Origin: a bacterium
Lineage (GTDB): Bacteria > Zhuqueibacterota > Zhuqueibacteria > Residuimicrobiales > Krinioviventaceae
Length of the DNA: 64,000 nt
Direction: 5' to 3'
Assembly: GCA_963675755.2 (NCBI GenBank)
Contig: CAXXMD010000002.1
Coordinates: forward strand, 1,472,001 to 1,536,000
The position numbers and the translations under genes were made by a program. Below are positions 37,482 to 46,241 of this stretch, one piece after another. Each line of letters opens with the position of its first letter. The first letter of the stretch is position 1. The notes below the pieces were generated by a model. It saw only the letters and a list, made by a program, of their open reading frames with translations, was not told where the DNA came from and did not search any database.

Positions 37482-37515
37482 AAAGCCAATGTTAATTATA
37501 AGCATTGGCTTTTTT
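37482..37515 (+). terminator. Intrinsic terminator after tRNA-Pro
   Basis: AAAGCCAATG...CATTGGCTTTTTT. Confidence 0.8.
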
Positions 37516-37532
37516 GTTTTACATGCTTAATA

Positions 37533-37753
37533 CCTGCCTGGCGCGTCCGCCAGAGGCGGAAATTAGAGAGTTAGTCAATCTACACCTCGACAGATTAAGG
37601 CTGGATAAACAATTCGGCTTTTTTTATTTATACCCAAAGAGAGACAGAGCCTGTCCGATCTTTACAGGACTTGTTCGCCTACTGGCGAAAATCTCTCCAC
37701 CCCGACATAAAAAGGCTGGATAAACAATCCGGCCTTTTTTTATTTATATCCCA
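37533..37753 (+). repeat. tRNA-linked tandem repeat (two further copies of the tRNA 3' end, each with a terminator)
   Basis: AATCTCTCCACCCCGACAT at 37460-37478 is repeated exactly at 37690-37708, with a degenerate copy at 37566-37592; AAGGCTGGATAAACAAT at 37597 and 37712. Confidence 0.85.
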
Positions 37754-38111
37754 ATTATTCCTCTAATTATATTGTGGGAAAAAGAGTATTCCTTACCCAC
37801 AAGTCAAGACTACAAACTATACAATAGTTCAATATCCTGATTTTAACATGAATGTTAAGTCTCAAAAATGGTTGATTTTGCAAATTGTTAAAATTATTGG
37901 TTCATATATATACATCTCTGGAGATAAAATATTAAATCTAACATATTCTAAAAATATAAATGTGGTATGAAAATTGTATATTAATGATTATATTTTTTTT
38001 TGTCAGTTGAAATATTTTTAAAATGAAATAATAATAATTTATCGATTTGATTTTTTAAGCTCTGGCTGTATAAATAAAAAAACATGAACAAAAATAATAG
38101 TATAAAAGATA

Positions 38112-40628
38112 ATGAAGAGTAGTAGCAGTAAAAATTCCGACCACCAAAAGACGCAAGAAAAACTATTGGAAAGTGAGAATAATCTAAGAGCACTTTTCAG
38201 CGCAATGACAGATATTGTAATTGAATTGGATTACAATGGAAAATATATTGACATTGCACCCACATCACCTCAACTTTTATTTAAACCTTCAAATGATACA
38301 ATTGGAAAAACATTGCATCAAGTATTTCCAAAACCTCAAGCCGATCTTTTTCTAAAATTTATTCGTAAAAGCCTTGATGAAAATAAAACAAATATTATAG
38401 AATATCCTCTAGTTATTGATAACAAAACAATCTGGTTTGAAGGTAGAGGAACTCCAAAATCAAAAAACAGCATTATTTTTATTGCAAGAGATATCACCGA
38501 ACGCAAAAAGGCGGAAGAAAAGCTACAAGAAAGCGAAAAAAAATTCAGAACTATTTTTGAAAACATAAATATCGCAACAGGCATATTGAGTAAAGATGGT
38601 TGTATCCGAGATTGTAATTCCAATTTTGTTGAATTGAGCGGATATAAAAAATCAGACATTATTGATAAAATGAAATGGTCGGATTTTGTAGTGAAAGAAG
38701 ATCTTGAAAGATTGCAACAACATCATTCGCAATGTCTTGAGCAAGATGCTCCTCCTACACAATATGAGTGCAGTATAATAAATAATAACGGAAAAATCCT
38801 TTATATTATTGCAAATATCTCTATGATGGGATCTACACAGATACTTTCACTTACTGATATAACAGATCGAAAGAAATCTGAAAAAAATATACAGCAAAAC
38901 AATGCTAAACATTTATCTATATTTGCAAGAATCAGTGATGTTGTTGGAATTATGACCAGCGATTGTGTAATAAAATATAAAAGCCCCAATATAGAAAAAT
39001 TGTTTGGTTGGAAACCTGAAGACCTTATCGGTAAAGATATCTGGGGGACAGTGCATCCTGAAGATATTGATAGTTTAAAAAAAGAATTTTCTACAATACT
39101 TGAAAAATCGAATGCTGAAACAACTCTTGAATATAGATATAAATGCAAAGACAATACTTACAAGTGGATAGTACTTACAGCACTCAATTGTATTGAAGAT
39201 ATCAATATTAATGGAATATTACTCAATTATCATGATATCACTAAACGAAAACAGGTTGAGGAAGCATTACGGGATAGTGAGTTACGCTTTAAAGCACTAC
39301 ACAATGCCTCTTTTGGAGGGATAGCCATACATAATAAGGGGCTTATTCTTGATTGTAATAAGGGGCTTTCAGAAATAACCGGATATAGCAATGAAGAACT
39401 TGTAAGTATGGATGGCTTGTTATTAATATCTGACGATACTCGAGAGTTGGTAGTTTCTAATATAATGTCGGGCTATGAAAAACCCTATGAAGTAATCGGT
39501 GTTCGGAAAAATGGTGAGAGATATTCGCTAAGAATTGAATCAAGGAATATACCTTATAAAGGTGAAAAAGTTAGGGTTGTTGAATTTAGAGATATTACCG
39601 AGAGCAAGCGAGCCGAAGATGCTTTAAGGGAAAGTGAAGAAAAATTCCGCACCATGACCGAACAGATTAGTGAAATGATTTATCTGACTGATAGTAAAGG
39701 TATAATCAAATATATTTCACCTGCATCAGTTTTAATCTTTGGCTATTCACCACAAGAAATGGAAGGCAAAAGATTTACTAAATTCTTGAAAAAGTCAGAG
39801 ATACCAAAAGCGATGAAAGCATTTATGAACTCGATCATATCCGGTTCGCAAACAATTGATTTACATTTGATCATGAAGCATAAAAACGGAAGCAACTTTT
39901 ACGGAGAGCTGTCTGGTCAAAAATATGAATCAGAAAGTCTCAAGGGTACTATTGGAGTTATTCGAGATATATCTGCACGAAAAATAGCAGAGATGAAAAT
40001 CGAATCAGCTCTCAGAGAAAAAGAAATCCTTCTGAAAGAAATCCATCACCGTGTAAAAAACAACCTGGCTGTTCTCAGCAGCCTTATTAATCTACAGTCC
40101 AAAAAGATTCAAACTAAAGAACAAGCGTTGGATGCATTTATGAACAGCCGCGACAGAATTCATGCTATTGCTTCTGTTCATGAAAGTTTTTACAGATCAG
40201 ATGACTTTTCTACTATTGATTTACAGAGTTATGTGAAAAAACTAGTAAAGGATCTTGTACGAATTTACCAAGGTACCGTAGAGATTACCCAGGATTTACA
40301 TATTGCCGATATAACAATAGACCTTAATCGTGCCGTTCCCTGCGGTTTGCTGCTGAATGAGGTGGTCACCAACGCGTTGAAACACGCTTTTAAAGACAAT
40401 AAAAAAGGCTGTCTGACGATTAATTTGGACACAATAGAAAATGAGCGTGTATGCCTTCTGGTTCAGGATGATGGAGTGGGCCTACCGGAACAATTTATAA
40501 GCGGAAAATCCGGATCGCTGGGTATGGAACTGATCTCAGTACTCACAAAACAGTTGGATGGAGAGTTAACCATCAAAGTGGAAAATGGAACTGCGTTTTC
40601 AATTACTTTTCCCATGCATGACGTATGA
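38112..40628 (+). CDS. Cytoplasmic multi-PAS histidine kinase (HisKA_2 family)
   Basis: Five PAS/PAC units ending DITERK-like; EIHHRVKNNL, GLLLNEVVTNALKHAF, DDGVG, SLGMELI. Confidence 0.92.
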   Translation: MKSSSSKNSDHQKTQEKLLESENNLRALFSAMTDIVIELDYNGKYIDIAPTSPQLLFKPSNDTIGKTLHQVFPKPQADLFLKFIRKSLDENKTNIIEYPLVIDNKTIWFEGRGTPKSKNSIIFIARDITERKKAEEKLQESEKKFRTIFENINIATGILSKDGCIRDCNSNFVELSGYKKSDIIDKMKWSDFVVKEDLERLQQHHSQCLEQDAPPTQYECSIINNNGKILYIIANISMMGSTQILSLTDITDRKKSEKNIQQNNAKHLSIFARISDVVGIMTSDCVIKYKSPNIEKLFGWKPEDLIGKDIWGTVHPEDIDSLKKEFSTILEKSNAETTLEYRYKCKDNTYKWIVLTALNCIEDININGILLNYHDITKRKQVEEALRDSELRFKALHNASFGGIAIHNKGLILDCNKGLSEITGYSNEELVSMDGLLLISDDTRELVVSNIMSGYEKPYEVIGVRKNGERYSLRIESRNIPYKGEKVRVVEFRDITESKRAEDALRESEEKFRTMTEQISEMIYLTDSKGIIKYISPASVLIFGYSPQEMEGKRFTKFLKKSEIPKAMKAFMNSIISGSQTIDLHLIMKHKNGSNFYGELSGQKYESESLKGTIGVIRDISARKIAEMKIESALREKEILLKEIHHRVKNNLAVLSSLINLQSKKIQTKEQALDAFMNSRDRIHAIASVHESFYRSDDFSTIDLQSYVKKLVKDLVRIYQGTVEITQDLHIADITIDLNRAVPCGLLLNEVVTNALKHAFKDNKKGCLTINLDTIENERVCLLVQDDGVGLPEQFISGKSGSLGMELISVLTKQLDGELTIKVENGTAFSITFPMHDV

Positions 40629-40918
40629 ACCTGATAATCGTTTTATAAACAGTTCTGGGAAAATAGATTATTTTTTTAGCCCACACCTGTAAGTACTAAC
40701 CTGAGATGTTGTCAAAATTATAAACTGGATAAATCCAACACTTTTTAAATTTTACTCCCAATATAGGCAGAACCTGTCTGCCCTAAATAACGCCACCTCC
40801 CTACACTGAAAATTTTGAATGCCTTTTATTACTAGAAAAAATCCTCTGTCTTTTATTAGAAAATATTTTATCTTAAGAATAATAGCAAATGCATAATAAC
40901 CTATATAAAGGTATTATT

Positions 40919-42421
40919 ATGAAACAACTCCCGCGTCGTAAATTCATAAAAATTCTCGGCAGCAGTGCAATGGCTGTTCCCTTTTCATGTTCACTATCAT
41001 CAAAAATCTTGAGAGACGAGAAACCAAACGTATTGTTTATTGCGGTTGATGATCTTCGGCCAGAGCTCGGATGTTATGGGAATCACGAAATAATATCTCC
41101 ACACATTGACCGTCTGGCACGCGAGGGTTTGGTATTTGATCATGCATATTGTCAGCAACCTATTTGCATGGCATCTCGGGCCAGTTTAATGAGCGGATAT
41201 CGACCTGATTTTAATAATATCTATAATTGTGGACCGTTAACAGATCTTGTACCCAATGCATTAACAATCAATAAACATTTTGAAAATAATGGCTACGATA
41301 TATGGGCATCAGGTAAAATATATCATCATGGCATTGACAGGGAGCAACAATTTGGTGACAGATATATCAAGCCCAATGGAGACTGGCAGGGACGTGGATA
41401 TATTGCAAATGAATCAATTAAAATAATCAAAGAATATCAAAATCAGGGTGGTCCCGGAGATGGGCGAGGTCCTGCTTTTGAAGCACCGGATGTTCCGGAT
41501 AATGCATATCATGACGGGGTTATGACAGAGTTGGCAATTGATCAATTACAAAATTTCAAAAACGCTGAAAAACCATTTTTTATGGCACTGGGATTCAAAA
41601 AACCGCATTTACCATTTAATGCTCCCAAAAAATATTGGGACATGTATTCCGAACAGGATATTAAACTTGCAGAGAATCCGTTCTTACCCAAAAACGCTAC
41701 AAAATACACTCCCTATAATTTTGGAGAGTTGAGAAATTATTATGGAATCCCCAAAAATAATGAACCCTTTTCCGACGATCTAGATAGAAAATTAAAACAT
41801 GGGTATTATGCTTGTGTAACCTATATTGACACTCAAATTGGTAAGGTTCTTACAGAGTTGGAAAAACTGAAATTACGGGAAAACACCATAATCATTCTTT
41901 GGGGTGATCATGGATGGAAATTAGGCGAACATGGCATGTGGTGCAAGCATACACCTTTTGAACTGGATTGCAGGGTACCGATGATAATCAGTGTGCCGGA
42001 TAGTTCCTCTGCGGGCAAACGAATAACCTCCTTTGCGGAATATGTTGACATCTATCCTACCTTGTGCGAATTGTGCGGTTTGGAACTGCCTGAGCATTTA
42101 CAGGGTGACAGTCTGGTTCCGGTGATCAAGAATCCGGATAAACCGGGTAAAACAGCAGCATATACGCAATGGCCCAAAAGCCACCGCACTGATCCTGAAA
42201 AGGTCATTACAGGGTACTCGGTTAAAACCAAATCCTATCGTTATACAGAATGGACCCGGAACAGTTCCGGTGAGGTTTTAGCCAAAGAATTGTATAATCA
42301 CGAAAACGATCCGAACGAGAATATAAATATTGCAGACTATACGGAAAATCAGGCGGTAGTTGATCGCATGAGCAAGCTTTTAGATGGCGGTAAAGGTTGG
42401 AAAAATAACAGACTAAAATGA
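40919..42421 (+). CDS. Tat-exported Cys-type sulfatase (iduronate/choline sulfatase-like)
   Basis: PRRKFIK Tat motif, possible lipobox PFSC; NVLFIAVDDLRP, CMASRASLMSG (CxAxR), GKIYH, KPHLPF, WGDHG. Confidence 0.92.
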   Translation: MKQLPRRKFIKILGSSAMAVPFSCSLSSKILRDEKPNVLFIAVDDLRPELGCYGNHEIISPHIDRLAREGLVFDHAYCQQPICMASRASLMSGYRPDFNNIYNCGPLTDLVPNALTINKHFENNGYDIWASGKIYHHGIDREQQFGDRYIKPNGDWQGRGYIANESIKIIKEYQNQGGPGDGRGPAFEAPDVPDNAYHDGVMTELAIDQLQNFKNAEKPFFMALGFKKPHLPFNAPKKYWDMYSEQDIKLAENPFLPKNATKYTPYNFGELRNYYGIPKNNEPFSDDLDRKLKHGYYACVTYIDTQIGKVLTELEKLKLRENTIIILWGDHGWKLGEHGMWCKHTPFELDCRVPMIISVPDSSSAGKRITSFAEYVDIYPTLCELCGLELPEHLQGDSLVPVIKNPDKPGKTAAYTQWPKSHRTDPEKVITGYSVKTKSYRYTEWTRNSSGEVLAKELYNHENDPNENINIADYTENQAVVDRMSKLLDGGKGWKNNRLK

Positions 42422-42437
42422 TTTAATGAAAGATTTT

Positions 42438-43100
42438 TTATAAAAAAGGTTGATCAAATCTCTTATCAAAGACTCCATTTTTCTTGAGTTGATTATCCCA
42501 GTAAAAATTTGCAAAACCTGTTTTGTGTAACAGCTTGAATACCTGAATACGTCTTGCCGGCATTTTCTCCCAGGGTGTGAGTTGCTTTACTAGTTCCTGA
42601 TCAAACGTATCATCTTTTGAAAAATTCTCTCCCAGTTTGTAAAAAGTATTATATAATTTTTTGGTCATGGATGGTGGCATAATTTTGATACCTTCTACTC
42701 CCCCTTTTACAATTGTTCCCAAATATTCACATCCCAATCTTTTGGCAAGTTTCTCAAGGTATCTTTCAACATATCTTGAATGGTTGGGTTCCGGAAATCC
42801 GGATTGTACAATAAATCCAAGCCGGGGATTATTGCCCTTTCCGCACAAGGGCTCAAGTGCCTCGATAAAATATTTCACAATACCAGGCATTGCATCAGTA
42901 TATAATGGAAATGCAATAATAACGTTCTCGGCCTTTTCAAAAAGCTCAACATGTTGCTGAACATTTTTAGTATGTATAAAATAGGCTATACTAAAATCAT
43001 TTTCATTATTTTGGTTGAATCCCTTAATAAAATGATCCAATAAAATAGCAGTATTGCTGTTTTTGCCTCTGGGAGATCCGTTAAATATTGTCAATTGCAT
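42438..43100 (-). CDS. Flavodoxin-fold NAD(P)H-dependent oxidoreductase
   Basis: NGSPRGKNSNT, AFPLYTDAMP, QSGFPE. Confidence 0.85.
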   Translation of the reverse strand: MQLTIFNGSPRGKNSNTAILLDHFIKGFNQNNENDFSIAYFIHTKNVQQHVELFEKAENVIIAFPLYTDAMPGIVKYFIEALEPLCGKGNNPRLGFIVQSGFPEPNHSRYVERYLEKLAKRLGCEYLGTIVKGGVEGIKIMPPSMTKKLYNTFYKLGENFSKDDTFDQELVKQLTPWEKMPARRIQVFKLLHKTGFANFYWDNQLKKNGVFDKRFDQPFL

Positions 43101-43635
43101 GTATCATCTCCCCTATCTCTTGTTCTGTTGTTTTTGTAAATAAAAGTTCTGATTTAAAATTTAAAGCAAGTCGTTCATAAATATCATTAATAATCTCAAC
43201 ATCGTCATCGTCAGAACTTGCATCTTTATCAAGTAACAAACCTAAAGGTGGATAAGATTCGTAACGTTTTTGATGATGACTTTCATTCTGAACCAATTCG
43301 ATATAGGGATGAAGTAATGGGATTAGTTTATCCTGAAGTTGCTTTAATATAGCACTCGTAAATCCCATAATGATGGGAGAAGCAAACAATAGCAAATCTG
43401 AATGAATGATATCATGACAAATATCATGTGAATCATCTGAGACAAAACATTTTCCGGGCGTTTTAACCCAACAGCTCCAACACCCAATACAATATTTTAT
43501 ACGTTTCTCTTCAAGCTTTATATGTTTAAGCGTGTGATCACTATTATTCAATAAATCAGCCAATTCATGAAGATATTGATCTAATTTATTGTTGTGATCT
43601 GTATTCCCATCAATTAATAGAATATTCATTTTCAT
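43081..43635 (-). CDS. Iron-sulfur flavoprotein/flavodoxin family protein
   Basis: CIGCWSCWVKTPGKC..DD cysteine motif, FASPI; ATG 43635 preferred; overlaps its partner gene. Confidence 0.85.
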   Translation of the reverse strand: MKMNILLIDGNTDHNNKLDQYLHELADLLNNSDHTLKHIKLEEKRIKYCIGCWSCWVKTPGKCFVSDDSHDICHDIIHSDLLLFASPIIMGFTSAILKQLQDKLIPLLHPYIELVQNESHHQKRYESYPPLGLLLDKDASSDDDDVEIINDIYERLALNFKSELLFTKTTEQEIGEMIHAIDNI

Positions 43636-43907
43636 ACTCGTTAGGTGATAAGTATAGTTGACAACTATTGGATTCTGCAACATCAAAGACAAGAACTGAT
43701 TGATTTTACGATTCAATATATTTTTTGTTACATTTAATTGAATTTTTTAAAAACCACTCCAATTTCACAGCCAAAACTTTGATAAAATAATTACTTAAAT
43801 ATAAATGCAGATCTAATTTCAAATAATATATTTTCATGTTGTTTATTACTAATAAATATCATTAATTAATGTGTTGTCGAGAATGTATTCATCAAGAGGT
43901 TCTCTTT

Positions 43908-45878
43908 ATGAAAAGGTCTGGTTTATTTTTCCTCATTCTATTTACCCTCACAAATCTGGTATATCCTCAAAACTTGAATATCAGCACCACTCCCAAGAGC
44001 AAGCCCATTAGCCCCAATCTGTTTGGTATTTTTTTTGAAGATCTCAATTACGCGGCAGATGGAGGATTATACGCAGAGCTGGTACAAAACCGATCATTCG
44101 AGTATTCCCCCAGTGATATAGACAACTGGCACGATGAAACAAACTGGCACCCGTTTACAGCATGGCAGTTTATGACAAAAGGATTTGGCTATGGCACTAT
44201 ATCCATAGAAACTAAAAATCCGGTACACCCAAACAATCCCCATTATATACAGATACACGTAGAGGAAACCGGGGCAAATGGTGTAGGCATTATGAACTCA
44301 GGATATAACGGCATGGTTATAAAATCGGGTGAGCAATACCGATTTTCGGTTTTCATAAACCAGATATCAGATAAATCCATCCCCCTTGTTGTTAAACTGG
44401 AAGATAAATCGGGAGAAACACTGGCAGAATCTAAATTTTCCACTGACAGTATAGATTGGAAAAAATACGAGGTTTTGCTAACAGCAACCACCCGTTGTGA
44501 TTCTGCAAACCTGGTTTTACTGGCCCAAGCACCTGGTAAACTTGCAATAGATATGGTCTCGCTATTTCCAATTAACACGTTTAAAAATCGAGAAAATGGG
44601 CTTCGCAAAGATATAGCAGAAACTATTGCTGCATTGCAGCCTAAATTCATGCGCTTTCCGGGAGGCTGTCTGGTACACGGTGATGGTCTTGAAAATATGT
44701 ACAAATGGAAAAACACAATAGGGCCTGTTGAACAACGCAAAGAACAGCGTAATATTTGGCAATATCGTCAATCGGGCGGACTGGGTTATTTTGAGTATTT
44801 TCAATTCTGTGAAGACATTGGTGCAATCCCTATTCCTGTAGTGCCGGCTGCGGTGAGCTGCCAGAATTCAGGTGGTACCTGGCGAACAGGCGGCAACGGA
44901 CAAAAATGCCTGCCTATGCCAGACATGGAAGCATATATTCAGGATGTATTGGATCTGATTGAATATGCAAACGGCCCCGCAACCTCTGAATGGGGCAGCA
45001 AACGTGCAAACGCAGGACATCCTGCACCCTTTGATCTAAAATATCTGGGAATTGGCAATGAGGACAAGATTACACCGGGATTCAAAGAACGCTTTGAAAT
45101 GATATACCAGACAGTAACCAAAATGCACCCCGAAATAACTGTGATTGGAACAGTGGGCCCCTTTTCATCGGGCGAAGATTATGAAAAAGGTTGGGAATTT
45201 GCCAAAAAGATGAAATTAGAAATGGTAGATGAGCACTATTATAATCGTCCCGAATGGTTTCTAAACAATCAGAATTATTATGATAAATACGACAGGACGA
45301 TCAAAGTATATCTTGGCGAGTATGCATCAAAAGGCAATACGCTGTTTAACGCACTAGCAGAAGCGGTATATATGACAGCTTTGGAGCGTAATGCTGATCT
45401 GGTTAAATTTGCTTCATATGCCCCTCTTTTAGCCAAAGAAGGAAATACACAATGGAACCCGGATTTAATCTATTTTAATAATACAACAGTGTGCCCGACT
45501 GTAAATTATTATGTTCAGCAATTATTCTCACAAAACAGTGGTGATGTTTATTATGATGAAATCATTTCATTACCCGATTCACAGAATAATAACCACATTG
45601 CATATTCGTGTGTTGGTGTCAACAAATCAAATGAAATCATTCTCAAGCTGGTAAATGCAGACAGCCTGTCTCATACATTCCTACTGGATCTATCAAAATT
45701 CAATAATTTATCTACAAATGCCTCTCAAACCATATTATCTGGCAATGCCGATGATAAAAACACATTCGAATCTCCAAACACAGTTGAACCTCAAGTTTCC
45801 CAAATTACCTTCAATAGTAAAAAAAGTATCGTAACACTGCCATATTCTCTTTACATAATCAAAATTAAAAGTTTATGA
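43908..45878 (+). CDS. Exported alpha-L-arabinofuranosidase (GH51) with a CBM-like insert
   Basis: Signal peptide, GIFFEDLNYAADGGLYAELVQNRSFE, RFPGGC, GIGNE, DEHYY, LGEYA, SYAPL. Confidence 0.93.
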   Translation: MKRSGLFFLILFTLTNLVYPQNLNISTTPKSKPISPNLFGIFFEDLNYAADGGLYAELVQNRSFEYSPSDIDNWHDETNWHPFTAWQFMTKGFGYGTISIETKNPVHPNNPHYIQIHVEETGANGVGIMNSGYNGMVIKSGEQYRFSVFINQISDKSIPLVVKLEDKSGETLAESKFSTDSIDWKKYEVLLTATTRCDSANLVLLAQAPGKLAIDMVSLFPINTFKNRENGLRKDIAETIAALQPKFMRFPGGCLVHGDGLENMYKWKNTIGPVEQRKEQRNIWQYRQSGGLGYFEYFQFCEDIGAIPIPVVPAAVSCQNSGGTWRTGGNGQKCLPMPDMEAYIQDVLDLIEYANGPATSEWGSKRANAGHPAPFDLKYLGIGNEDKITPGFKERFEMIYQTVTKMHPEITVIGTVGPFSSGEDYEKGWEFAKKMKLEMVDEHYYNRPEWFLNNQNYYDKYDRTIKVYLGEYASKGNTLFNALAEAVYMTALERNADLVKFASYAPLLAKEGNTQWNPDLIYFNNTTVCPTVNYYVQQLFSQNSGDVYYDEIISLPDSQNNNHIAYSCVGVNKSNEIILKLVNADSLSHTFLLDLSKFNNLSTNASQTILSGNADDKNTFESPNTVEPQVSQITFNSKKSIVTLPYSLYIIKIKSL

Positions 45879-46241
45879 CCGGCAATAAACAAAAATTTCA
45901 GTAAAAAGAAAAGATATTAAGCAAAAATTCATTCGCGAACATTGATATTTTTTTAAAAACATCAAGATTTTAGTTATGCATTTTCCCTATAATGTTCTTA
46001 AAAATATATATTTATAGGAATTTGGAATAATTATTGTTGTTTAGAAAATGATGGTAATGACATGTGCTGTAAAAAATAAACATAACTTGATTTAAAACAC
46101 GGATTCACATTTTTCACCAAAAAACTGGAGAGAAACACAAAAGTACAAGTTATTGTTAAAAAATCAACACCCGGATGGTAGCCTAAAAGTACCTGAATGC
46201 ACATACTTGAAATTTACTAGAGTGTTTATAAAGGGCAGTTT

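Noticed and set aside
37505-37723. 72-aa ORF after tRNA-Pro
   Set aside because: Lies wholly within terminator and repeat sequence; no integrase-like features.
37533-37753. CRISPR-like array
   Set aside because: Only two or three units, derived from the tRNA end, with irregular spacing and no cas genes.
40764-40785. Short hairpin TAGGCAGA-acctg-TCTGCCCTA, a possible REP remnant
   Set aside because: Short, imperfect and single-copy in the window.
46110-46200. Fragments resembling a c-di-GMP-I riboswitch (ACACAAA...ATGGTAGCC...TACC) upstream of the Cache kinase
   Set aside because: No GGCAAAC/GNRA stem and no consistent pairing found by eye; an Infernal search would be needed.
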